From a virus (lineage: Duplodnaviria > Heunggongvirae > Uroviricota > Caudoviricetes), in IMG/VR virus record IMGVR_UViG_3300049049_000146, positions 227,216-291,215 of that record: a DNA stretch of 64,000 bases. One strand, 5' to 3'. Numbering within the stretch: the stretch's first letter is position 1; each line of letters opens with the position of its first letter. Below, in pieces: positions 23,896 to 33,221 of this stretch. The notes beneath the pieces were generated by a model. That model saw nothing but the letters and a program-made list of their open reading frames with translations, did not search any database and was not told the origin of the DNA. Made by a program: the position numbers and the translations under genes.

Positions 23896-26772
23896 TCAGT
23901 CGGCGCCCTTACCGTCCTTGAAGTCGCGCGTCACGATCTTGTGCCACGGCATTCCGTCCGCCAGTTCGCCGTCCCAGCCGTGAATCTTCTCGTAAATCGG
24001 GCGAAGGTCAGATTCAACGCCGTCGTAGCCAAGCATGTGGCCCCAACGGATGCCGATCTTGAAATCGACCTCCATCGGAACGATCATCTTGATGCCGAAT
24101 TCCTCCAGAAGGAAGGGATCGATGTTTACCATCATGTCCGCCATAAGCTTCTGCGCTTCCACCATCATGTCGAAGTCCAGAGGAACTTCCATCGTGATAG
24201 CGTCGTGGACGCAGTTGATGACGCGGTACGGACGATCGTTCTCTTCGATCCAGTTCTGGATGCGCCATGCAGCGAGAGCCGTAGTGTCCGAGCTAACCGC
24301 CTGAATAGGCGAGTTACGTGCGCGACGCTTGCCTGCTTTTTCGTCCCTCTCGATCAGTTCAGCAAGGTGTCTGCGTCGCCCCATCGGGGTATCGACGCGA
24401 CCATAGGTCTCCGCAAAATTCTCGATGTCCGTAAGCCAGTTGCCTGCCTTAGGGAACTGCTGAACGAACTTCACCTGAAGCTGCTCGGCTTCATCCTCAG
24501 TGATGCCGAGGATGACAGCAAGCGTCTTGTAGTGCTGGCCGTAGATCGATCCGAACGTAAGCGACTTGGCGCGCTGACGCATCGGCTTCGTGACTTCAGA
24601 AAGCGCAATCTGGAACATCAGCGACGCCACCTGACGGTGGATGTCGCACTCCAGCTTGACGCGCTCCTTCAGCGTCTTGTCAGACGGATTTGCAAGGAAT
24701 TCCTTACGCAGCTTCACCATTCGGTGGAAGAGTGCCGCGTATTCCTTATCGCCTGCAATCTGCGCCCACCAGCGAACCTCGGCCTGACCATAGTCAGCCT
24801 CGATGAGGATGTGGCCAGGCGAAGCGCCATACATCGACTTGATGCCGGCCTTTGCAGCGTTGTCAGGGCGCGGAAGCTGCTGAAGGTTCGGATCGGACGA
24901 CGCGAGACGACCAGTAACGGTTCGATTTGCGTGGAAGCCTGCGTGGATCCGGCCGTCACATCTGTTGTCTGGCTTGGAATAGAGAATCTCGTCGACGCTC
25001 TCAAGATACGACGTGCGAAGCTTGAAGAGGCCGGAATACTCCGAATACAACCGAACGATGGGGTGACCTTCGTCCGGCTTATCGGGCGGCGCGTAGTGTG
25101 CGATGAATGCCTTGTCGATGCTGCCCTTGCCGTCCTTACCAACAGCGAGAGGTTCAAGCTTACACGCATCGATAAACAGATGAAGCTTGTGGTCTCGCTT
25201 GTTTACATCGAGCACCCACGGCTTCTTCCCGAAGAGCGGCTTCATCCCCTTCGTACGGGGGTCCGAACCAAGGAGAATATCGTTGGCCAGCTTTGCTTCT
25301 GGCTTTGAGTAAATGATACCTGGAAGCTCGGCAAGACGAGACAAGATAGGCGATTCGTCACCACGCAGGTACTCAAGCTGAGTGGGGTCGACGTAGAATC
25401 CAGCCATGCTCATCTTCGTGAGAAGATGAGAAACACGAGAATACCAGCGGAGGGCAAACGGAACAGCCGATTCGTACCCCTGTTTGTCCAGCATCCGGAC
25501 GAAGTAATTGAACAGGCGATACGTAACGTACGCGTCCGTACCACCGTACTCTGACAGGCGGTCAAGCGAGAGATTCCAAAGACTACCGCCGTCAGCGCCT
25601 TCACGGGCCGCAAGAGCGTCGGTAAGCTCTAGATCGTAGATGTAGAAGCCAAGGCGCTCACGAGCCAGCTGCTTCAGGCTGAATACGCCCTTGAGAGCAC
25701 CACCCTTCTTGGGCCCGTCCTCGTCATTTCCTCCGGACGCAAGATTCTCGTCCTCAAGGAAGGCCAAGAACATCGTGTCGACGATAGGCTTCGTGATCCG
25801 CTTCAAACGGAAGAAGCGAAGAGCGATACCGATATCGAACTGGGAATTGTGCGCGAGCCAGTGCTTGAATTTCGTCTCACTGGACCGGAAAAGGCGGCGC
25901 AAGCGCTTACGAACGTACTTCAATTCCTCCTTCGTCCATGGCGACTCCCAGTGCTGAAGTGGGATCGTGTGCGCCATGTCGTTGTCGGCAGACAACTGGA
26001 GGGTCGCAATCTTGTTCACCTCAACATGGTTGAGGTTCATGGTCTCGAAGTCGAATGCAATCGGCTCGGTGCATTCGAATTCGTAGTAGTCCATCACACG
26101 ATCGAATTGCTCGATCGTGCGGATCAACTTGACCTTACCCCTACGACTGTTGGGAGTCTCCTCTCCTGTTAAAAGACGGCGAAGCGCCCCAATGTGCCGA
26201 TAGAAGCGCTTCTTCTCGTTCGTATTCTCCGTCCGGATGTACATGGACGGATGGGCCGTTACGAGATGCGTCTTTCCATCCTTGGTCCTGAAGATGCGAC
26301 CTTTGAGGCCGCCCGCCTTCTTTCCGGACCAGTCAGGATTCTCATTGAGAGCCTGCACAGCCGTCGTGCCCATGAACACGACAGTGCGAGGATTTAGCGT
26401 CTCAATGTCTTTCTTGATGTAGTTCGAGCAAGCAGCGATCTCTTCAGTCGTCGCTGGTCGATTCTTGCCTTCTTCATCGGTCGGACGGCATCGAACCACG
26501 GTTCCTACAGCGTAGGAAGATTCGATTTTCGCCTTCTTGAGAGCGTTACGAAGCTCGGCGCCAGGAGGACCCGAGAACGGAATGCCGATCTTGTCCTCCA
26601 TGTCGCCGGGTGTCTCGCCAACAAAGAGAACGTCAACCTCGGGGGTCTCCCCGTCCGCGCCCGCTCGGTCGTAGTACACGTCCGTGGGTACGTACGTCGT
26701 ACGGTGCCCCTTGTCCCGGTATAGAGGGCAGCCTTCGCAATAGTCCTGCTCGTGGCGAAGATGAACACGCAT
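23896..26772 (-). CDS. polA: Family A DNA polymerase with N-terminal uracil-DNA glycosylase (family 4-like) domain and 3'-5' exonuclease, 958 aa
   Basis: UDG: CEGCPL, VGETPG..ED..GIPFSG, VVRCRP, IAAC, HPS. Exo: DFET, HNSQFD, YGGTD. Pol: TGRLASSDPNLQQLP, DYGQAEVR, RQRAKSLTFGSIYG, NSPIQ, VHD. Confidence 0.95.
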   Translation of the reverse strand: MRVHLRHEQDYCEGCPLYRDKGHRTTYVPTDVYYDRAGADGETPEVDVLFVGETPGDMEDKIGIPFSGPPGAELRNALKKAKIESSYAVGTVVRCRPTDEEGKNRPATTEEIAACSNYIKKDIETLNPRTVVFMGTTAVQALNENPDWSGKKAGGLKGRIFRTKDGKTHLVTAHPSMYIRTENTNEKKRFYRHIGALRRLLTGEETPNSRRGKVKLIRTIEQFDRVMDYYEFECTEPIAFDFETMNLNHVEVNKIATLQLSADNDMAHTIPLQHWESPWTKEELKYVRKRLRRLFRSSETKFKHWLAHNSQFDIGIALRFFRLKRITKPIVDTMFLAFLEDENLASGGNDEDGPKKGGALKGVFSLKQLARERLGFYIYDLELTDALAAREGADGGSLWNLSLDRLSEYGGTDAYVTYRLFNYFVRMLDKQGYESAVPFALRWYSRVSHLLTKMSMAGFYVDPTQLEYLRGDESPILSRLAELPGIIYSKPEAKLANDILLGSDPRTKGMKPLFGKKPWVLDVNKRDHKLHLFIDACKLEPLAVGKDGKGSIDKAFIAHYAPPDKPDEGHPIVRLYSEYSGLFKLRTSYLESVDEILYSKPDNRCDGRIHAGFHANRTVTGRLASSDPNLQQLPRPDNAAKAGIKSMYGASPGHILIEADYGQAEVRWWAQIAGDKEYAALFHRMVKLRKEFLANPSDKTLKERVKLECDIHRQVASLMFQIALSEVTKPMRQRAKSLTFGSIYGQHYKTLAVILGITEDEAEQLQVKFVQQFPKAGNWLTDIENFAETYGRVDTPMGRRRHLAELIERDEKAGKRRARNSPIQAVSSDTTALAAWRIQNWIEENDRPYRVINCVHDAITMEVPLDFDMMVEAQKLMADMMVNIDPFLLEEFGIKMIVPMEVDFKIGIRWGHMLGYDGVESDLRPIYEKIHGWDGELADGMPWHKIVTRDFKDGKGAD

Positions 26773-26790
26773 CGGCGACCTTTTACAAGG

Positions 26791-27153
26791 TCAGAAACCT
26801 CTCAGGATTTCCCGAAGATACCCTAAGGTCAGCGAGGGCGCGCTGGCGTGCGACATGAACCGGCTCTTCAGTGCCGGATTCGAAAAAACAGCCATGAGCT
26901 TCAACTCAGCGGCGGAAATCGCCTGAGCGAACGGCCCACGACAACCGAGCGACGGAATAAGGCTCGACGCGGGGGTAGAAGCTGAGGGTGAGTACGGTGC
27001 ACTTAGGTACACCTGACCGTTCACGCCCAGACGAACGGGCAGTGAATTCCCTTCGGCCTCTAGCCCCGCGCACAGATTTGTAGATCTGGAGGACGTGGCA
27101 GGAGCCGCGAACGTCCTGCTCGCGGTCCTACCACTACGGCAATTGCATCCCAT
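26791..27153 (-). CDS. Hypothetical protein, 120 aa, N-terminal MGCNC
   Basis: Fills the gap between helicase and polymerase genes on the coding strand. Confidence 0.6.
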   Translation of the reverse strand: MGCNCRSGRTASRTFAAPATSSRSTNLCAGLEAEGNSLPVRLGVNGQVYLSAPYSPSASTPASSLIPSLGCRGPFAQAISAAELKLMAVFSNPALKSRFMSHASAPSLTLGYLREILRGF

Positions 27154-27162
27154 GAGGTACTT

Positions 27163-30100
27163 TTACAGCCCGAATACCTGTGCAGTCAACGCTAGGTACT
27201 CAGGATATTCATCCAAAAGGGTTGCGATCTTGCGCATCGCCTCGACCTGCTTCTTGGGCCAAATATCCTCAAGAGAGGTGCCGAACTTCTTCAGGATCTC
27301 ATCGAACGCGTCCAGGTCAGCGATAGCGTAACCAGAAACGTACAGGTTCTTCGAGAAGTCCTTCAGAAGCTTCTGCGCCTGCTTACGATTGTCGCCCATG
27401 TAAATCCACGTCTTGGCCTTGCCGATTTCACGGAAGCCAATCTGCTTCATCACACGCAACGCCTGATCGATGTACTTCGGGTCAGCAAATGACGTGTCGC
27501 TGACGATGAAGCACGGGTGGGAACTGACGCTATCGCCGTCTAGAACGTCGCCGAACGTGCTCACCTGGAGCATGATCGGAATCTTCCCGTCAGGCGTCGT
27601 GACGTCCAGCCCAGGAATCTTGCCGTCAGCAGGCTCCTGCGTAAGGTCCGTCTTTGGCTTCGAAGGCGCAACAGGCGAACCTGCCGACTCGAAGTCCTCC
27701 TTGAGCTTCTTGTACGTCGCAGGAATGACGGACAGAAGCTTAGAGGTGCGCACAAGCCATTCACGGACGGCGTTGTCAGCAAGCGCCTTCTCGTCGAGAC
27801 GCATCAAGCCGATCAACTTCGCTGCGGCGAACGTGTTGATGGGCTTCAGTTCAAGCGCAGGGTTCTTCTTCTTGATCTCGGCGAAGACCTTACCCGCAAG
27901 TGAGGCGTGCTGAGGGGCCGCGCGGAACGCAAGGAACGAATTCCTCTGCTTCTCGTCGTGAGGATTGAAGGCAGGAACACCCGCGGCCTTCTTCACCAAT
28001 GATTTGTAGTCGATGGTCGACTTCGGATTCGCCGGGTTTACCGGAGACTGACCCTTAATCTTCGCAATCACGTCGGGCATGTTTGCGACGACAACACCAT
28101 TTTCGCGGAGCTTACCAAGCAGGTCTGCCGCTTCCTTTGGTGTCTTGAACGGCCACACATACATGTTCGGGTAGTGATTGACCTGGAAACCGCGGAAGAT
28201 GCGCTTGATTTCGGCGTCGTAATCCAGAAGGAGCCAGAAGCTCCCCTGGTAGAACTTCATGTTGAGCTTGATGACCTTTGCAGTCTGCGGAGAAATCGTC
28301 CAAGGAGACTTGTCCTTGTCTGCACCCAAGTTAGGCGTCTCGATCTCGCCGGAGCCGGCCATTTTCTCTCCGGTCGAAAGCTCGTACGACTTCGAACCGT
28401 ATAGCGCAGGAGCTTCTTCAGCTTCCTTGATTTCGTGCTCACGAATACGGCCGTACGCGTCCTGGTACGCCTTCATATGAGCGAACGTGTTCATCGTCTG
28501 GATGTTGTCGAGGTTCATACCGAACAGCGGGAATTCCGTCGTGTCGGTGAATCCAGAGACCAGCTGACGCACCTTGTGCATCTTGCTGACCATACGAATG
28601 AACTTCGTGATCTCGGCGGTGCCCTCGGTCATGACCAGGTCCACAAAGACCTGAGCGTGACGACGAGCCTTCGGGTCCTTGGGAGGAAGACGGTACGAAC
28701 GAGCAATCGCCTGTTCGAGGTCACCTGGGTTCCAGGGCAGATCGACACGGATGATTCGATTCGCCATCTGAAGGTTGTGACCCTCACGAAGCGAAGAATC
28801 GACCGCTACGAGAATCTTGACGTTGTCGTCCTTCTTGAATTGCTCAAGAGCCTGCTTGTTCTGCGCATCATAGTAGACAGCAGATTCACTCAACGCGATG
28901 TTATCGCGGATGTGACGCATGCTCGCCTTCTGCAAGCCCATGATAATGACCTTGCCATTACCTGGGTCGGAGAAGTGCTTCGCGAGGATGCGGTCGATTA
29001 CCGCAATCTTAGGACTGACTCGGTCCTGGTCCTCTACGAGGAAAGCGTTTCCGAATTCAACGGACGTAGGCGCTGAAAGGAAACGGTCCAGCTGGGAGAA
29101 CTTCGCGATCAACGGCTGGAAGTCCTTCTCAGCGGCGGCTGCCGCCTTCTCCGGGTCAGCACTCGCCTGCATCGCCTCATACTGCTTCCACAGTTTAGCG
29201 ATACGCTGCTGCTCCTGCTTGAACTGCTGACGGTGAAGCGGGTCCTTCAAGTCGAAGACGACGCGGTTACGCGACTTATCATCGTCCTCGTCCTCGTCCG
29301 AATCGTAGATCGAAGCCTCAGGGTCCTCGTCCTCGAAAACGACCTGGTCAGAGGGCTTCCACTTCGAAATCTGTTCGCGTGCGAGCGGATTCGAAGCGTA
29401 CTTCTGCGCGAGTTCCTTCTGAAGCTCAAGACCAATCGTGCCCGGGGCTACTTCGCCAAGAAGCTCTTCCTTGATGATCTGGTCGAGAATCTTCTTGTAC
29501 ACAACGAACTGCGCAGCGTTCAGAAGTGCCTTGTGGTACTCGACTGAAAGCTTCGGAAGCTGATTGAGCCACGCCGAGCGCCGAATGCACACAGCGTTCT
29601 TCTTCGTGATGATCTCGCGAACTTCCTTAATCGCGCCAGGCTTCCACGCCTCAACCTTACCGGAGTTCGGGTTAATAGACGCTGCGTACTTCGCGATGAA
29701 GGTGTCCCGATCACCCAGAACCGCAGGGTCAAGGAAGCTCATCTGAAGCCAGATATCGTCAGGTCCGGAAGGCGCAACCGTACCAGAGAAGCAACGCTTC
29801 ATCGGCACAAGACGCGACATCTGCATGATTGCCGCAGCCTGGTCCGACTCCTTACCAGAAGCGCCGATACGAACCGTGTGAGATTCGTCGAGCACAAGCA
29901 TGTCAACGCCACACTGCGTGACCAGCCAGCTAGGATTGCGGAAACGCTTACCAGAGGCTGTCTCCAGCTGGTCTCGTCCCTTGAGGCCGCGCAACCACGA
30001 GTACGAAGTCATCAAGATCGTGTTGCGTGGGGCAGAGGCGATGGTCTTCTTTAGAAGGTCAAGGCCCGTCCGAATACGATTACCTGGCTGGTCCTTGAGC

Positions 30101-31332
30101 TTCTCTGCCTCGGCATTCGCTGCCTTCACCGTCTCGGTGTTGATGACGATGATGTTTACCGAATTGTTCGTCCACTCCTCAAGCTCGCGCTTCTGCTGGG
30201 GAAGAAGCTGGTTCGGCATTACGACGCAGGGGCGCTCACAGAGCCCTCGATTCAACTTGTCAAGGACGTCGGCAAGGATCATCAACGTCTTACCTGCACC
30301 GGGGTCCGCGTCGATCATGGCGGCCTTGCGGTCCTTCAAGAAGGCCAGCGCGTACGCCTGGTGCGGGAGGAAGCGAATCGGGTTACCGCCGATTTCCTTC
30401 GGAATGTGCGGAATCTGAGGCGCGTCCTCAGGACGGATGTTGGAAAGCTTATCCTCTTCCGCCTTCTGCTCGACGAACATTTCCTGGTACTGTTCTGCGA
30501 ACAGAACAGCAACAATCAAGCTGGCGTATTCGGATCCCAGCTGTTCCTTGACGGACAGCTTGCCCGACTTGATCTCGTTCTCGATCTCGACCAGGCGGTG
30601 CTCTACGTAGTTACGGAAATCCGGGTTGCTCTTGCGTGCGTACAAGAACAGAGGAATGCCAATGACGTCTGTGTCGACGTTCGACATCTCACGGATTCGT
30701 CCACGCAACTGCTCGGCGCCGGACGATTTGTCCTGAGGATTCACGTAGAAGCGAGATTCCCACTTCTCCGGGTCCCAACTCTTACGCGTGCCGTCAGGCG
30801 TACGGTACGTGGAGGTTACCTTGATCTTCTTCTCCAGCGTCGCGATGATTGCATCACGGTGCTCTGAGAGCTTGAACAGATTACCTACGTTTTCCGTTGC
30901 AAGGGCACCGGTCTTGTCCACGTAATAGACGAGAGAGGAGTCCTCACTGGTGAAGACAATCTGATTTACGATCGAGCGTTCCTGAACAACCGAGTCAACC
31001 TCCTTGAGGAGTTCGCCGGTGGTTGGGTCAGTCTTCGTGCCGAACGGGAACGTCTTCTTCGTTCGGGGGTTGATCATCATCTCGTCAGGAGATGGGGGAA
31101 CAGGAATTCGGATGCGGTAGTCCGCGAAGTCGTAGTTCCTCTTCGTCTTTGACTTGCGATCGTCCTTTTTCTTCTGCTCGAATTCCTGAACCTTCCCACG
31201 AAGAGCATCGAGGTCGATCGACAGCTGAGACAGCAAATCTACCTTAGGGATGTAGTGAATACGACCGTACGATCCAAGATAGAGATTCTCCTTCTTGTAT
31301 CGATCGGCAAAAGCTGCTGTCTTCTCCGTCAT
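27163..31332 (-). CDS. SNF2/SWI2-family helicase-like ATPase, 1389 aa
   Basis: LPHQ, DADPGAGKT, VVMP, LVLDESH, SGT, EGHNLQMANRII, PWNP..LEQAIARSYR; long unique N- and C-terminal extensions. Confidence 0.9.
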   Translation of the reverse strand: MTEKTAAFADRYKKENLYLGSYGRIHYIPKVDLLSQLSIDLDALRGKVQEFEQKKKDDRKSKTKRNYDFADYRIRIPVPPSPDEMMINPRTKKTFPFGTKTDPTTGELLKEVDSVVQERSIVNQIVFTSEDSSLVYYVDKTGALATENVGNLFKLSEHRDAIIATLEKKIKVTSTYRTPDGTRKSWDPEKWESRFYVNPQDKSSGAEQLRGRIREMSNVDTDVIGIPLFLYARKSNPDFRNYVEHRLVEIENEIKSGKLSVKEQLGSEYASLIVAVLFAEQYQEMFVEQKAEEDKLSNIRPEDAPQIPHIPKEIGGNPIRFLPHQAYALAFLKDRKAAMIDADPGAGKTLMILADVLDKLNRGLCERPCVVMPNQLLPQQKRELEEWTNNSVNIIVINTETVKAANAEAEKLKDQPGNRIRTGLDLLKKTIASAPRNTILMTSYSWLRGLKGRDQLETASGKRFRNPSWLVTQCGVDMLVLDESHTVRIGASGKESDQAAAIMQMSRLVPMKRCFSGTVAPSGPDDIWLQMSFLDPAVLGDRDTFIAKYAASINPNSGKVEAWKPGAIKEVREIITKKNAVCIRRSAWLNQLPKLSVEYHKALLNAAQFVVYKKILDQIIKEELLGEVAPGTIGLELQKELAQKYASNPLAREQISKWKPSDQVVFEDEDPEASIYDSDEDEDDDKSRNRVVFDLKDPLHRQQFKQEQQRIAKLWKQYEAMQASADPEKAAAAAEKDFQPLIAKFSQLDRFLSAPTSVEFGNAFLVEDQDRVSPKIAVIDRILAKHFSDPGNGKVIIMGLQKASMRHIRDNIALSESAVYYDAQNKQALEQFKKDDNVKILVAVDSSLREGHNLQMANRIIRVDLPWNPGDLEQAIARSYRLPPKDPKARRHAQVFVDLVMTEGTAEITKFIRMVSKMHKVRQLVSGFTDTTEFPLFGMNLDNIQTMNTFAHMKAYQDAYGRIREHEIKEAEEAPALYGSKSYELSTGEKMAGSGEIETPNLGADKDKSPWTISPQTAKVIKLNMKFYQGSFWLLLDYDAEIKRIFRGFQVNHYPNMYVWPFKTPKEAADLLGKLRENGVVVANMPDVIAKIKGQSPVNPANPKSTIDYKSLVKKAAGVPAFNPHDEKQRNSFLAFRAAPQHASLAGKVFAEIKKKNPALELKPINTFAAAKLIGLMRLDEKALADNAVREWLVRTSKLLSVIPATYKKLKEDFESAGSPVAPSKPKTDLTQEPADGKIPGLDVTTPDGKIPIMLQVSTFGDVLDGDSVSSHPCFIVSDTSFADPKYIDQALRVMKQIGFREIGKAKTWIYMGDNRKQAQKLLKDFSKNLYVSGYAIADLDAFDEILKKFGTSLEDIWPKKQVEAMRKIATLLDEYPEYLALTAQVFGL

Positions 31333-31341
31333 CGCTGCCTC

Positions 31342-31674
31342 TCACTCTTCCTGGTCAGCAAGGTTCGACGTCGAGTCATCAACGTCCTTCATGACATCGT
31401 CAGGATAATTCGGGTTTTCGGCGCACTTCGTCCAAAGGCGCATTGCGTCTGACTTCTCAAGCTCCGGAGCGAGCTTCTTCGCGAACCTCACAAGCAGAGG
31501 GCAGATCTCCTTACGCCTCTCGGGGTCAAGATTGTGGAGACGATCAAACCCCCAGTGAATCTGGGCGTTGAAGATATCAAGACGCGTTACGGAGTCTTCC
31601 GTCGTTCCTGGACGGAGGGTAATCAGTTCGATTCCGGAAAGCTGAGGAACCTTACGGCGAGCAAAAAGAGACAT
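31342..31674 (-). CDS. Hypothetical protein, 110 aa
   Basis: Tightly packed in operon. Confidence 0.6.
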   Translation of the reverse strand: MSLFARRKVPQLSGIELITLRPGTTEDSVTRLDIFNAQIHWGFDRLHNLDPERRKEICPLLVRFAKKLAPELEKSDAMRLWTKCAENPNYPDDVMKDVDDSTSNLADQEE

Positions 31675-31676
31675 GA

Positions 31677-32312
31677 CTACTTCCCTTTCTTCTTGAAAGA
31701 GTAACCATCGCTCTCCATGGCCTTCTTGAGCTTGTTAGTCAAGCGAACGATCTTTGTGCGGCCTGTGTGTCCGTTGCCCTTCAGTTCGCTAAGAAGCTCG
31801 GAAACAAGATACGCAGATTCGCTATCGTACCCGTGACTAACGTGAGCTACACGCTCCAATGCTCGGAGTGCGCGCAGTGAGTGTGCGACACGATTGAGTC
31901 TAGACATGATGTCCGGGCGCATAGCAACTCTCCTCACGATATCTTGAATCTCGGGCATTCGTCTAAGACCAGGGTAGGCGGGGTTGATGTCTGGGGAACT
32001 AGAAGGTCCGTCGACCTTTCGACGAGTAGGACTGGGGTAGAAGCCGTAGTCGTCAGTGTTCTGAGAAGGCGTTGTGGGAGTTCTCTTGACGTACGCAGGA
32101 CCCTTGTCTGAACCGTCAGGCCAATCAATTGTCGGCACTCCGTCAATCTTGACCTTCGTGCGCTCTTCTGGGTGAAGAATCAATCGAATCTCGTAGCCCT
32201 TACCAGAAGGAGAAACCTTGCAGTAGGATTTCCGACCGAGCGAATTCAACCGCTCGTTCAGTTTCGAAGAAGCGGATTGAGCCGACTCGAAACTGTCGAA
32301 CTTCGATCTCAT
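31677..32312 (-). CDS. Hypothetical basic protein, 211 aa
   Basis: ATGA overlap; three tandem RVA helices (VRRVAMR, LNRVAHS, LERVAHV). Confidence 0.65.
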   Translation of the reverse strand: MRSKFDSFESAQSASSKLNERLNSLGRKSYCKVSPSGKGYEIRLILHPEERTKVKIDGVPTIDWPDGSDKGPAYVKRTPTTPSQNTDDYGFYPSPTRRKVDGPSSSPDINPAYPGLRRMPEIQDIVRRVAMRPDIMSRLNRVAHSLRALRALERVAHVSHGYDSESAYLVSELLSELKGNGHTGRTKIVRLTNKLKKAMESDGYSFKKKGK

Positions 32313-32599
32313 GACACCTTAAGAGTGCCCCGAGCAGTTACTGGGAGGCCCACTACGATACCTGAGGCCGAACCTGCGTCCGCCCCCGCGCGCACCTTCG
32401 TGCCTACCTGACCAAGAAGGCGAACAACACAAACGTCGCCCTTGATCGACTGAATAACTGCGTTCTTTTCGTGGTCGCCACGGGGCTGCATAACAGCCCC
32501 CGGCTGGCCTACTTGCGGGCCAGGCACAAAACGAACGACGTCGCCCGGCCTCGCGCCGTCGAACATCGCCCTTCCGTACATGAGCACGCCAGAACTCAT
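32309..32599 (-). CDS. Hypothetical protein, 96 aa (small beta-barrel-like)
   Basis: ATGA overlaps at both ends; RPGDVVRF pattern. Confidence 0.6.
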   Translation of the reverse strand: MSSGVLMYGRAMFDGARPGDVVRFVPGPQVGQPGAVMQPRGDHEKNAVIQSIKGDVCVVRLLGQVGTKVRAGADAGSASGIVVGLPVTARGTLKVS

Positions 32600-32724
32600 A
32601 GAGACTTCAGCACCCTCTCCAAGCGAGCAAGGATCTTCAACTTGCGAGAAACCTTCAACATAGCCTTAGCTACCTTAGGGTTTTTACCCGCAGGAACAGC
32701 TGGCTTCTTCTTGGTGTCCGACAC
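32596..32724 (-). CDS. Small basic protein, 42 aa (not in ORF track)
   Basis: GTG start with GAGGAGG SD: MSDTKKKPAVPAGKNPKVAKAMLKVSRKLKILARLERVLKSL; stop overlaps the next ATG (ATGA); fills the gap exactly. Confidence 0.7.
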   Translation of the reverse strand: MSDTKKKPAVPAGKNPKVAKAMLKVSRKLKILARLERVLKSL

Positions 32725-32726
32725 GA

Positions 32727-33209
32727 TCACGCCTCCTCAGGCCCGCCCCCAGACGCCTCCGGGAACGGAATATTTGGTTCGTCAGAAACAGGAAGAGAAT
32801 CAAGCGTCACAATGACGCAGTAAGCACCGTTCTCCTCAGCAATGATGCGCTTGTGCGTCAGTGGCATGATCCAGTTGACGTTCTGCTTGCGAGGAATGAT
32901 CAGGAGGCGGCCATTGACGACCTTCGTATCGTACCAACCTGGAATCAGGTGAACGATTTCGGTGTCAGCGATGCGCTCGATCGGCTCAACGACGAAGCAT
33001 CCCTTGTTCTTACCGCTGTTGATTTCCTTCACAACCTTACACTTCCAGAGTTCGCCATTCTTCGGCATCTTCTCTGGACCGTGCTTTTGGCGGTAATGGC
33101 GCGAGACGACCGCGATCTTCAGCATCGTACGGCTGATGACCTCATTCTCGTTGTCGGTCGTCTTTTCCTTGTAGTTCGTGTTCTCGAAAAACTTCAGGAT
33201 GCTAATCAT
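32727..33209 (-). CDS. Hypothetical protein, 160 aa
   Basis: GGAG SD; in operon. Confidence 0.65.
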   Translation of the reverse strand: MISILKFFENTNYKEKTTDNENEVISRTMLKIAVVSRHYRQKHGPEKMPKNGELWKCKVVKEINSGKNKGCFVVEPIERIADTEIVHLIPGWYDTKVVNGRLLIIPRKQNVNWIMPLTHKRIIAEENGAYCVIVTLDSLPVSDEPNIPFPEASGGGPEEA

Positions 33210-33221
33210 GATGATGCTCCA

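Noticed and set aside
23941-25308. Long plus-strand ORFs (455 aa here; also 22161..23195, 55263..56249, 57630..58754, 3486..4286, 15766..16623)
   Set aside because: All lie antisense to well-supported minus-strand genes, show no motifs, and are the expected shadow of biased codon usage.
18394-26772. Bacterial chromosome or prophage origin suggested by gyrA, gyrB and polA
   Set aside because: No bacterial housekeeping context or integrase; PolA lacks the 5'-3' exonuclease and is SPO1-like; the genes are surrounded by virion genes.
18394-31332. Inteins or introns in topoisomerase, polymerase or SNF2 genes
   Set aside because: Conserved motifs are contiguous; no C...HN-C/S/T splice junctions or LAGLIDADG motifs were seen; the SNF2 insertion is acidic low-complexity sequence.
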